DNA of 64,000 nucleotides. Source: Clostridia bacterium (GTDB lineage: Bacteria; Bacillota; Clostridia; RGIG6154). Location of the stretch: positions 21,374 through 85,373 of the forward strand of contig JAZNOU010000001.1 of the NCBI GenBank assembly GCA_045589295.1. Reading direction: 5' to 3'. The stretch's first letter is position 1. The number at the start of each line of letters is the position of its first letter. Positions 9,830 to 18,779 of this stretch are shown here, one piece after another. A program made the translations under genes and the position numbers. Under the pieces are notes generated by a model. That model was given only the letters and a program-made list of their open reading frames with translations. It was not told the origin of the DNA and did not search any database.

Positions 9830-10832
9830 ATTCACTATCAATAGGCACAAATGCCAAAGCGTTTAAATCAAGTCCCGAAAATTCTTTTCTTAAATAATAG
9901 TGATATGCCGCAGCACCTATCATTGCGGCATTGTCTGTACAATAAATTGGCTCGGGACAGAAAAATTCCATATTTTCTTTTTCTGCTCTTTGCTTAAAGC
10001 TTTCTCTTAGTCTGGAATTTGTTGCAACTCCGCCCGCAAGGCATACTTGTTTAACTCCTGCCTGTTTTGCACCCAAAAAGGTGTTGTCGGTCAATATTTC
10101 AACTACTGTATCCTGAAAACTCATTGCTACATCTGAAACATCAATTTGCTCGCCTTTTTGTTCTTTGTTGTGACAATAGTTTATAATAGCAGTCTTAATT
10201 CCGCTGAATGAAAAATCAAGTGTTTCTTCATGGAATTTAGGCTTCGTTATCTTTATCCTGTTTTTACCGGTCTTTGCCGCCTTGTCAATATTAGGTCCGC
10301 CCGGATATCCAAGTCCTAGCACACGTGCAACTTTATCAAATGCCTCTCCTGCAGCATCGTCCCTTGTTTTACCCAAAACTTTATACTTTCTGTAATCCTC
10401 CACATAAATAATATGACTATGTCCGCCTGATGCAACAAGCGATACAAACGGTGGTTTTAATCCCGACAAATAATTTGCACAAATGTGTCCTTCAATATGA
10501 TGTACCGCAATCAATGGTTTTTTAGCACCATAAGCAAAAGCCTTTGCATACGAAAGTCCTACCAAAAGAGACCCAATTAATCCCGGTGCATAAGTAACTG
10601 CCACCGCATCAATATCATCAATCGTGCAGCTTGCGGTTTCTAATGCCTCTTTTACAACGCTGTCAATCACCTCTGCGTGAAGACGTGAAGCCACCTCAGG
10701 AACAACTCCACCATACTTTTTGTGAAGTTCCGCCTGAGAATTTATTATATTTGATAATACTTTTGTTCCGTCTTCAACTACTGCTGCCGCAGTCTCATCA
10801 CAAGAACTTTCAATCGCAAGTATTTTAGCCAA
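9828..10832 (-). CDS. tsaD: tRNA N6-adenosine threonylcarbamoyltransferase
   Basis: [47 protein letters not shown]. Confidence 0.97.
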   Translation of the reverse strand: MAKILAIESSCDETAAAVVEDGTKVLSNIINSQAELHKKYGGVVPEVASRLHAEVIDSVVKEALETASCTIDDIDAVAVTYAPGLIGSLLVGLSYAKAFAYGAKKPLIAVHHIEGHICANYLSGLKPPFVSLVASGGHSHIIYVEDYRKYKVLGKTRDDAAGEAFDKVARVLGLGYPGGPNIDKAAKTGKNRIKITKPKFHEETLDFSFSGIKTAIINYCHNKEQKGEQIDVSDVAMSFQDTVVEILTDNTFLGAKQAGVKQVCLAGGVATNSRLRESFKQRAEKENMEFFCPEPIYCTDNAAMIGAAAYHYYLRKEFSGLDLNALAFVPIDSE

Positions 10833-11274
10833 CTTGTTCTATCTCCTTTGTCATAAGCAATGCATCTTCTTTATTATCGTAGTATTTTGGTCTTAAACCC
10901 ACTCTTTCAAAGCCATATTTTTCATATAAGGCAATTGCAGAAGAATTGCTTACCCTTACCTCTAAAGTTAATGTATACACATCTGTAACTGAGCATTTAT
11001 TTACCATTTCATTCATTAAAGCCGATGCGATACCCTTTTGTCTATAATCGGGATGTACTGCAATATTGGTTATTTGACCCTCATCAAAAACCCACCAATA
11101 TCCTGCATAACCGATTACTTTTTCGTCTAAAAGTGCAACAAAATATACCGCTAAAGGATTTGTAAGCTCGCTCTCAAACGATTTTAGCGACCATGGTGAC
11201 TCAAAACACAAATTATCTATATTTTTAATGCCGTCAACATGTTCTTTTGTCATAGGCACTATTTTAAAGTCCAT
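10825..11274 (-). CDS. rimI: Ribosomal-protein-alanine N-acetyltransferase (GNAT)
   Basis: [30 protein letters not shown]; located between tsaB and tsaD. Confidence 0.9.
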   Translation of the reverse strand: MDFKIVPMTKEHVDGIKNIDNLCFESPWSLKSFESELTNPLAVYFVALLDEKVIGYAGYWWVFDEGQITNIAVHPDYRQKGIASALMNEMVNKCSVTDVYTLTLEVRVSNSSAIALYEKYGFERVGLRPKYYDNKEDALLMTKEIEQVG

Positions 11275-11275
11275 T

Positions 11276-12289
11276 TCAAACCTCCACTACCTTGCCGCCT
11301 GCCGCCTTGAACAATCTGTTGCAAAGTGCAAAACCAATTCCGTCTTCTTTTGGTTTTACCGCAAACATTTTATTTACACCAAGGCTGTCAAATTGACGCA
11401 GGTAATCAAATAAAAGCTTACTTCCCTGTTCTGATTTATAAATACTACCCAATGAAAATTCAATCTCGTTTCCTATTGGATACTCATCAAACGTTAAAAC
11501 GCCTGCCTCGGGGAATTTTTTTATATACTCTTTAATACTTTCATACTCGCCCTCTAAAACAACAAGATCGCCTTTAGGGGCATAGTGCTTATATTTCATT
11601 CCGGGACTTTTTGGTTTTTCAACACTACTTTTGTCTATAAGATGTCTGTCGTAGCTTACATCAATTCCAAGCTTTTCAATATCCTCGAATGTAACTCTTC
11701 CCGGTCTTAAAATAACAGCCTTTTGTCCTGTCACATCAATAACTGTTGACTCTAACCCAACCTCACAACTTCCACCATCTATTATCATATCTATTTTGCC
11801 ATTCAAATCCTCAAAAACGTGCTGAGCCTTTGTAGGACTTGGTCTTCCCGAAGAATTTGCAGACGGTGCAGCAATTGGCTTATTTGCATAATTTATTAAA
11901 TTTCTGGCAATCTCGTTTTCAGGAAGTCTTACTGCAACAGTATCAAGTCCACCTGAAACTGTATCTGAAACTATGCTTTGCTTTTTCATAACAAGTGTCA
12001 TAGGACCCGGCCAGAACTTGTCCATAAGTATTTTCGCAATGGGCGTAATCTCTGCGACAAGGTCTTTTAACTGTTTTATATCAGAAATATGTAAAATAAG
12101 CGGATTATCAGATGGTCTTCCCTTAGCCTGATATATTTTCTTTACAGCTTTAACATTTAAACCGTCTGCACCAAGACCATAAACAGTTTCGGTTGGAAAC
12201 GCAACAAGTCCGCCTATATTTATAATATCGGCGGCTTCTTTTAATATGTCATTATTTTTGGCGTCATATTTTACAAACTTTGTTGTCAT
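11276..12289 (-). CDS. sua5: L-threonylcarbamoyladenylate synthase, Sua5/TsaC2 type
   Basis: AFPTETVYGLG, KGRPSDNPLI, APSAN, SPGMKYKHYAP. Confidence 0.95.
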   Translation of the reverse strand: MTTKFVKYDAKNNDILKEAADIINIGGLVAFPTETVYGLGADGLNVKAVKKIYQAKGRPSDNPLILHISDIKQLKDLVAEITPIAKILMDKFWPGPMTLVMKKQSIVSDTVSGGLDTVAVRLPENEIARNLINYANKPIAAPSANSSGRPSPTKAQHVFEDLNGKIDMIIDGGSCEVGLESTVIDVTGQKAVILRPGRVTFEDIEKLGIDVSYDRHLIDKSSVEKPKSPGMKYKHYAPKGDLVVLEGEYESIKEYIKKFPEAGVLTFDEYPIGNEIEFSLGSIYKSEQGSKLLFDYLRQFDSLGVNKMFAVKPKEDGIGFALCNRLFKAAGGKVVEV

Positions 12290-12304
12290 TAAATAAAAGA
12301 CCTC

Positions 12305-12811
12305 TCAATAATTATCTTTAAGTTCCAATGAATCATCATTTTCTATCCACTGCTCTACATCGTAAACTCTATAAGTTTCTTTATCATCTCTTATGTATAC
12401 TTTTGCAATCCCTGCATTGATAATCATACGCTTGCACATTGCGCAAGGCATTGCATTTTTAACCAAAGAACCATCATCTTTTTCTTTTCCAACAAGATAA
12501 AGCTCAGCCCCCAGCATTTCACTTCTGGAAGCGCTTATAATTGCATTTGCTTCGGCGTGAACAGAACGACAAAGTTCATATCTTGTTCCTCTTGGCACAT
12601 TAAACTTTTGCCTTATACACTCACCTGTATCAATACAGTTTTGTCTGCCTCTGGGCGCACCAACATAACCAGTTGAAACAATTTCATCATTTTTAACTAT
12701 AATAGCACCAAAATTACGTCTCAAACATGTTCCGCGTTCCAATACGGTTTCTGCAATATCAAGATAGTAATTAACTTTATCTCTTCTTTCCATACAATCC
12801 ACCTCAATCAT
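12305..12811 (-). CDS. Cytidine/dCMP deaminase family protein
   Basis: HAEANAI and PCAMC Zn-binding motifs. Confidence 0.88.
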   Translation of the reverse strand: MIEVDCMERRDKVNYYLDIAETVLERGTCLRRNFGAIIVKNDEIVSTGYVGAPRGRQNCIDTGECIRQKFNVPRGTRYELCRSVHAEANAIISASRSEMLGAELYLVGKEKDDGSLVKNAMPCAMCKRMIINAGIAKVYIRDDKETYRVYDVEQWIENDDSLELKDNY

Positions 12812-13484
12812 TCCCTATGTATGCTTTTAAAACATAATCGGGAGTAATATCTTTTTTATTTTTATGCAAATAACTTTTTTCTGCAATATATCCAACCGCC
12901 ACAGCACTGTTAACACAGTAAAGTTCATCAGCAAACATAGCATTTTCACCAAGCTGTGAAATTATATAATCCTTATGTTTATATACGCAGTCACCCGTAA
13001 AAACAACTTTTTTATTTAAAACTGCAAGCTGACATATAATATTTTTTATATTCTGGCAATCGGCTTTATATATCTCTTCTGTAACATCGCCCTTTTTATA
13101 TACTGCATAGTATGCCTGATCACGCCTTGCATCAATCAACGGGCAAACAAGTTCTTTATACATTAAGTAAGGATACGCCATAGCCTGCAATGTTGAAACA
13201 CCAACTGCAGGTTTTTTTAAAGAATCTGCAAATCCCTTAACCGCTGCAATACCAACACGTAACCCTGTAAATGAACCAGGACCGTGAGCTGCTGCAAAAA
13301 GGTCAATATCGCTTACGCTTAGTTCAAGTTGTTCTAAGAGTTTTTGTGCAACTACCATAATTTTCTGCGAGTGTGGTTTTTTTAAATTAAGAGTCATAAC
13401 CCCAAGCATTTTGCCGTCTTCAACAACTGCAACCGATGCTGCAGCCGTTGCTGTATCAAAAGCAAGCGTCTTCAATTTATTCAC
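12804..13484 (-). CDS. tsaB: t6A biosynthesis protein TsaB
   Basis: LAFDTAT, GPGSFTGLRVG, IDARRDQAY. Confidence 0.95.
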   Translation of the reverse strand: MNKLKTLAFDTATAAASVAVVEDGKMLGVMTLNLKKPHSQKIMVVAQKLLEQLELSVSDIDLFAAAHGPGSFTGLRVGIAAVKGFADSLKKPAVGVSTLQAMAYPYLMYKELVCPLIDARRDQAYYAVYKKGDVTEEIYKADCQNIKNIICQLAVLNKKVVFTGDCVYKHKDYIISQLGENAMFADELYCVNSAVAVGYIAEKSYLHKNKKDITPDYVLKAYIGND

Positions 13485-13887
13485 ACTCCTTTATTTCTAT
13501 GGTTCGCATTTGACCACTGTATTTAATATTTACAACGTAATATTTTTCTAAAAGTCCCAGTGCAATATCCGGCCATTCAATTACACATATTCCGTCAGAA
13601 TACACATAGCTGTCAAAATCAATACTCATCAAATCATTTTCAGATGATAATCTGTAAAGGTCAAAATGGTAAAGCGGAATATCGCCGCCATAGTCATGCA
13701 CAATAGAAAAAGTAGGGCTTACCGGCTCATACTTTGTGTTAAGTGCTTTTGCAATGCCTTTTGTAAATGTGGTTTTTCCTGCACCCAAATCACCTATCAG
13801 GCACACAATATCACCGCTCTTTAGTTTTTTACCGAACTCAAATCCACACAAAACTGTGTCTTGTGCGCTTTTGCACAACATTTCCAT
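13477..13887 (-). CDS. tsaE: t6A biosynthesis ATPase TsaE
   Basis: GDLGAGKTT, SPTF, HFDLYRL, IEW. Confidence 0.95.
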   Translation of the reverse strand: MEMLCKSAQDTVLCGFEFGKKLKSGDIVCLIGDLGAGKTTFTKGIAKALNTKYEPVSPTFSIVHDYGGDIPLYHFDLYRLSSENDLMSIDFDSYVYSDGICVIEWPDIALGLLEKYYVVNIKYSGQMRTIEIKECE

Positions 13888-14032
13888 AATTCGTCCCTTA
13901 TTAATAAGTATATTTTCATTTGATTATAGCATTTTGAACAAAAAAAGTCAAGTTTCAGCCATTTTTTCGTGAATATTTTAGGCAAAATTTGTATATAATC
14001 TGTAACATAAAGTGATTTTTTATTAAAAAAAC

Positions 14033-14061
14033 TTGACAAATTGTTAAAAAAGTGTTACAAT
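14033..14061 (+). promoter_or_regulatory. Sigma-A promoter of the G5/3D gene
   Basis: TTGACA-17 bp-TACAAT with extended -10 TG. Confidence 0.75.
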
Positions 14062-14159
14062 CTATCAAGTCCAAAGAAAGACGCTACGGCAAATGGCTCA
14101 AAATGGCGATTTTTGTCATTTTAATACAGAGCTTATGCCTAAACGATTTGGAGGTACGT

Positions 14160-15080
14160 ATGTTTTTTAAATCAAAAAAGATGTTGGCCAGAATTATACT
14201 TTCACTGGTTTTGGTTTCAACTATCGTTCCCGTTGTTTCCGCATATACAAAGGATCCTGCATCTGAACTTAAAATATGCGTTTTAGACGGCGAAAAACTT
14301 TCTGACTTAAACTACAAAGGTAAAGACCCATATTCAGATATTGACAAAAGTTATTTAAACTATAACGGCTATGCTATTTCAGACAACGATTACATCAAGC
14401 CAGTGTATGACAGTGAAACAAACACACTTACTTTTGAGGTAGTAAGAGTTGTAATTGAAACAATCTCAGAAGACGAAATTATCAAAAAAGGTTCAATAAC
14501 AACATATAACAGTTCTTTGGAAAAAGGAACAACAAAACTTTTAAGAGAAGGTAACGACGGTTTAAAAACCTCAACCTATACAGTAAGATATGAAAATGGT
14601 GTAGAAACATCAAGAGTTTTAACATCAGAGATTATTTCAAAAAAACCTGTTGATGAAATTATTGAACAGGGCACAAAAGTTGTTACTATCTACAATAAAA
14701 CCGGTTCGACTGTTACAGGCTCTAAACTTGTAACATCAGGCGGAAAAGAACTTACATTCAGCAACGTTATAACTGCTTCTGCCACAGCTTATGACCTCTC
14801 ATATGAAAGTTGCGGAAAACGTCCTGGTGACAGAGGTTATGGCATCACTGCATCAGGTATGCGTGCTCAGTACGGAGTTATCGCAGTTGACCCGAGAGTT
14901 ATTCCGCTTGGCACAAGACTTTATATAGAAGCAGCAGACGGCAGTTGGGTATACGGCGAAGCTATTGCTGGTGATACAGGCGGAGCTATCAAAGGCAATA
15001 AAATTGACCTTTTCTTCAACTCGCGCTCAGAATGTTTAAACTTTGGCAGAAGAACTGCAAAAATTTATATTTTGGACTAA
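14160..15080 (+). CDS. G5 + 3D domain cell-wall protein (YabE/Sps-like)
   Basis: Signal peptide; G5 segment (REGNDG...YENGVE...PVDEIIEQGTK); 3D domain ATAY, AVDPRVIPLGT, DTGGAIKGNKIDLF; RBS GGAGG before ATG 14160. Confidence 0.88.
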   Translation: MFFKSKKMLARIILSLVLVSTIVPVVSAYTKDPASELKICVLDGEKLSDLNYKGKDPYSDIDKSYLNYNGYAISDNDYIKPVYDSETNTLTFEVVRVVIETISEDEIIKKGSITTYNSSLEKGTTKLLREGNDGLKTSTYTVRYENGVETSRVLTSEIISKKPVDEIIEQGTKVVTIYNKTGSTVTGSKLVTSGGKELTFSNVITASATAYDLSYESCGKRPGDRGYGITASGMRAQYGVIAVDPRVIPLGTRLYIEAADGSWVYGEAIAGDTGGAIKGNKIDLFFNSRSECLNFGRRTAKIYILD

Positions 15081-15084
15081 TACT

Positions 15085-16032
15085 ATGCAAAAATTTATTG
15101 TCGGCGAAAACGACGCAAATCAGAGACTTGACAAATATCTGACAAAAATGTTTCCAAACCTTCCGCAGTCAATGATGTATAAGGCTATACGAAAAAAGGA
15201 CATTAAATTAAACGGAAAGCGTTGCGAGATTTCCTCAAGACTAAGTGTTGGAGATGTTTTACAGCTTTATATCAAAGATGAATTCTTAGAAACAAAACAG
15301 AGCAAACCTGAGGTTTGCTCTGTTGTTCCTGTTTTAAATGTTTTATACGAAGACAACAATATACTTTTAATTGATAAAAAGCCGGGAATAAGTGTTCATT
15401 CTGACTTAACTCAGGATAAAAACAATGACCTTATAACACAAATCCAGGCATACCTTTACTTAAAAGGCGAATATAATCCTGATGATAAAAGCTCTTTTAC
15501 TCCGTCGCTTTGCAACAGAATAGACAAAAACACAGGCGGTATTGTAATTGCAGCCAAAAATGCAACTGCACTCCGCACCATAAATCAAAAAATCAAAAAT
15601 AGAGAGATTTCAAAAAAATACCTTTGCATTGTTCATGGAATTCTTGATAAAAAAAGTGCAACTCTCAACGCTTATCATATTAAAAATAGCAAGCTTAACC
15701 GAGCTTTTATATTTGACACCCCTGAAGATGGGGCAAGAAAAATCACCACTAAATACAAAGTATTAAAAGAAAAAGATGGTCTTTCTTTAGTTGAGGTAGA
15801 TTTGCTTACAGGAAGAACCCATCAGATAAGAGCGCATTTTGCATACATAGGTCACCCACTCGCCGGTGACACCAAGTATGGCACAAACAAACAAAATCAG
15901 CACCTTAGCTTTAAGCATCAGGCGCTGTACTCATACAAAATTAAATTTAATTTTACATCTTCTTCCCCGCTTGATTACTTAAAGGGAAAAGAGTTTACCG
16001 TAGAAAAGGTTGATTTTGCAGAAAATTTTTAA
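15085..16032 (+). CDS. RluA/RluC-family pseudouridine synthase with S4 domain
   Basis: QRLDKYL, CNRIDKNTGG (catalytic Asp), TGRTHQIRAH, GDTKYG. Confidence 0.92.
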   Translation: MQKFIVGENDANQRLDKYLTKMFPNLPQSMMYKAIRKKDIKLNGKRCEISSRLSVGDVLQLYIKDEFLETKQSKPEVCSVVPVLNVLYEDNNILLIDKKPGISVHSDLTQDKNNDLITQIQAYLYLKGEYNPDDKSSFTPSLCNRIDKNTGGIVIAAKNATALRTINQKIKNREISKKYLCIVHGILDKKSATLNAYHIKNSKLNRAFIFDTPEDGARKITTKYKVLKEKDGLSLVEVDLLTGRTHQIRAHFAYIGHPLAGDTKYGTNKQNQHLSFKHQALYSYKIKFNFTSSSPLDYLKGKEFTVEKVDFAENF

Positions 16033-16724
16033 AGATTTTCAAGTGCACTTTCAACGGTCTGTTTATCAAGGTCAGACAAATATGAAAATTTTTGCAAAAG
16101 AGCTTTTTGGAAAAGTTCTTTTGCTTTTTTAATATTCCCCTGTTTTAATTTAACAAGCCCGTAGTTATAATACGCTTCCGGGAAAGATGGAGTTTTTTCT
16201 TGATGCATTTTTTCATAAATTTCTTCTGCCTTACCAAAATCCTCTAAAAGATAATAGCTAAATGCAAGATTGTCCAAAATCACCGCATCATCAGATGCAA
16301 AATCATAAGCTTCCAAATTAAGTTTAAGTGCTTTTTCGCCATCACCCTGCAAAACATAAAAATACCCTAAATTTCCGTAAACAACAGTATTCTTATAATC
16401 TTTTAAAATATTTTCAGTCCTCTTTACTGCCTCGTCAAGCTTTCCCTCTTTCCAAAGTAAAAGCGCATAGTTTTGTTCAACCTGAACTTTAATATCCTTA
16501 GAACATTTTTTTAGTTGTTTATCAAACGGAAATATAAGATTATCAAAGACTTCTCTTGCTTTTAAAAAGTCGCCATTTTTCATAAGATAAAAAGCACAAA
16601 AAACTTTCATTTCAATTGTTGCTTTTTTCTTTTGTATCAATTTTTCAAAAATTTCAAGTCCTTTTTGTTCGTTACCAATAACAATTTGCCCTTTTGCTTT
16701 ACGAAACAAATGTTTTTCAAACAA
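16029..16724 (-). CDS. Tetratricopeptide repeat protein
   Basis: Repeated TPR-like helices (VYGNLGYFY, ILDNLAFSYY, AYYNYGLV). Confidence 0.8.
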   Translation of the reverse strand: MFEKHLFRKAKGQIVIGNEQKGLEIFEKLIQKKKATIEMKVFCAFYLMKNGDFLKAREVFDNLIFPFDKQLKKCSKDIKVQVEQNYALLLWKEGKLDEAVKRTENILKDYKNTVVYGNLGYFYVLQGDGEKALKLNLEAYDFASDDAVILDNLAFSYYLLEDFGKAEEIYEKMHQEKTPSFPEAYYNYGLVKLKQGNIKKAKELFQKALLQKFSYLSDLDKQTVESALENL

Positions 16725-16727
16725 TTT

Positions 16728-17837
16728 TTATTCCCTCTCCCCAATACCTATAATAAACTCACACAAATCACGTGTTGCATAAGGCTTTCCAATGTGCTTT
16801 ATACCATCGGAAAGATTTTTTATTTTCCATTCATTATTAAAAAGCTGATAAATTGCTTCATCCACTTTATATGTTGATGTTACAAGCTGTGCCATACCAT
16901 TATTCAACAAAAATTCAACATTTCTGTCTTCCTGACCGGGTATAGGATTTATTAAAATAAGGGGCATTCCTTTTGCCAAACTTTCCGAAACTGTAAGACC
17001 ACCCGGCTTTGTAATTATACAATCTGATGCATCCATTAAAACATCAACATTATTCACAAAACCGTAGCAATAAATTATCTTTTTTGTATCAAGCGTTTCA
17101 ATTCTGCGCTTTAATGATTTGTTACTTCCACATACAACAATTATCTGAAAATCAAGCTCTAATTTATCAAGCTCTTTTATGCGTTTTACAACTTTACCAA
17201 AGCCCATAGAGCCACTCATCACCAAAACAGTAGGTTTTTCCTCAATACCAAGCATTTTTCTTGCCTGACTTTTAGGAATTTTCTGTGCAAATTTTTCATC
17301 AATTGGTATGCCGAAAGGTTTTATCTTTTCAAGCGGAATATTCTTTTTTTGTGCCTGACAATTTAACAACTCGGATGCTGTCACATAATAATCAAGTGTA
17401 GTTTTCTGCCAATACGGATGTATAGTATAGTCGGTAATAATTCCTACAGTAACAACATCTGACAAAATTTCTTCACCCAAAGCATTAATCATATGTGCTG
17501 CCATAACGTGCGTGGCAATAATAACATCCGGATTATATGCCTTTACAAACTTGGCAAACTTTATTTTCATAACCTTATTTGCCGCCTTTAACATATAAAG
17601 CTTGTCATAAGGGTCGCTTATCTCTGCCATTCTGTAAAATTTGCCATAAACATTTGGTGCATATTTTGTTGAAGCAAGGTAGCCTTTTTGAACACTTCCG
17701 CCTAAAAGCTTGCTTACATATTTGTAAACATCAATAAGCTTTGCTTCGTGCCCATGGCTTTTTATATATTTTTCTATTGCCGCACCGGTAGACAAGTGTC
17801 CACCGCCGGTTGGTATTGTAAGAACCAATACTTTCAT
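16728..17837 (-). CDS. Diacylglycerol glycosyltransferase (MGDG synthase/UgtP family, GT28)
   Basis: TGGGH, ITDYTIH, ITKPGGLTVSE, PIPGQEDRN. Confidence 0.88.
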   Translation of the reverse strand: MKVLVLTIPTGGGHLSTGAAIEKYIKSHGHEAKLIDVYKYVSKLLGGSVQKGYLASTKYAPNVYGKFYRMAEISDPYDKLYMLKAANKVMKIKFAKFVKAYNPDVIIATHVMAAHMINALGEEILSDVVTVGIITDYTIHPYWQKTTLDYYVTASELLNCQAQKKNIPLEKIKPFGIPIDEKFAQKIPKSQARKMLGIEEKPTVLVMSGSMGFGKVVKRIKELDKLELDFQIIVVCGSNKSLKRRIETLDTKKIIYCYGFVNNVDVLMDASDCIITKPGGLTVSESLAKGMPLILINPIPGQEDRNVEFLLNNGMAQLVTSTYKVDEAIYQLFNNEWKIKNLSDGIKHIGKPYATRDLCEFIIGIGERE

Positions 17838-17941
17838 TTTTTCTACTTCCTTTTATAAATAAATTGCAAACATTTTCAAATTCACATTTATTTTAATATG
17901 ACAAAACTATCCACTTGTCCACTGCAAGAGAATTAACAACT

Positions 17942-17995
17942 TTACTTATATTCCCTGAATTGTACGGATACTCCATCGGGGTCATAAACATAAAA
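17942..17995 (-). pseudogene. 3' fragment of interrupted VOC/glyoxalase gene
   Basis: Encodes FYVYDPDGVSVQFREYK-stop, the typical VOC C-terminal F-x-DPDG motif. Confidence 0.8.
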
Positions 17996-18070
17996 ACTGC
18001 GAGGCATAAAGTTTAGATGCAAACCCTTTTTGATGGCTGCTCATGTCAAGCTATAACTAAAAACATATAA

Positions 18071-18381
18071 ATAAATTGGAATTTGTTTATTTCTTTTTTC
18101 GTATAGGTACAATTACCTTTAACAGCAGTATAATAACAGCTATCAGGAAAAGTTGTATAAGGATAGCATAAATTATAAGACCCCGCGATTCGTAATAACA
18201 CAACTCGTCCCACCAAACAACGACTTCAAAAATCGCAGTCAGTAAAATACTAAACCAAACATATCTACGATTGATAAAGAAAAATACAAAAGATAGGATA
18301 AATGTCGGTAAAACTTTTGGTAATAAAAGATATTGAATGATTATTGTTAGCATAATGACACCACCACAAATTCTTATTTAT
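18071..18381. repeat. Inverted ~16-bp sites bracketing the passenger ORF
   Basis: ATAAATTGGAATTTGT (18071-18086) and ACAAATTCTTATTTAT (18366-18381) are 14/16 complementary. Confidence 0.7.
18087..18353 (-). CDS. Small hydrophobic membrane protein (about 3 TM helices), cassette passenger
   Basis: 88 aa with three hydrophobic stretches, basic tail and RBS-like GGTGGTG. Confidence 0.7.
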   Translation of the reverse strand: MLTIIIQYLLLPKVLPTFILSFVFFFINRRYVWFSILLTAIFEVVVWWDELCYYESRGLIIYAILIQLFLIAVIILLLKVIVPIRKKK

Positions 18382-18401
18382 CTGTTTGACATTTTTACGA
18401 C

Positions 18402-18707
18402 ATACTTTGCGTCAGGCTCAGGATGACGAATATCAGACGGATTCATACCAAGCAAAACAGCCTTACTGTGCACCGTCTCAAGGTTATCTGTAGCAAAGCA
18501 TAAAAACATACCTTTGCCCTCAAACACTTGGCCTTCAGGCATAGCAATTAATTCTACTTCGGTATCGTTTTCAGAATCATAAAGATAAGCAACATTTCCA
18601 CCGCCTGCAGAAAATTGCTTACCAATCTTAAGTTGGACAAGTTCGGTATAAAAATTTAAAGAATTTTCAAAATTTTTTACTCTTAACGATATGTGATGAA
18701 ATTTAAT
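18402..18707 (-). pseudogene. 5' part of interrupted VOC/glyoxalase gene
   Basis: (I/M)KFHHISLRVKNFENSLNFYTELVQL...EVELI...FLCFATDNLE; begins with ATT after RBS-like GAAAGGG. Confidence 0.8.
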
Positions 18708-18779
18708 ATTAATTTCCCTTTCTAAAATTCCTCTCTGACATAAGCAGGCTCTGCTCGTTGATTAAGACTGGTCTAAACA

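Larger units (their letters stand above)
17996..18402. mobile_element. ~406-bp non-autonomous insertion (gene-cassette-like) inside the VOC gene
   Basis: Removing it rejoins ...PDAKY to FYVYDPDG in frame; it carries one ORF bracketed by inverted sites and no recombinase. Confidence 0.7.

Noticed and set aside
14085-14145. c-di-GMP-I riboswitch suggested by GGCAAA and GCCTAAA
   Set aside because: The GNRA-capped P2 and the GACGCAAAG junction are not in the expected arrangement; kept only as an unclassified structured leader
17996-18402. Insertion as a group I/II intron (ends read GT...AG on the minus strand)
   Set aside because: No GUGYG 5' end, domain V or group I core is visible, and most of the insert is a membrane-protein ORF
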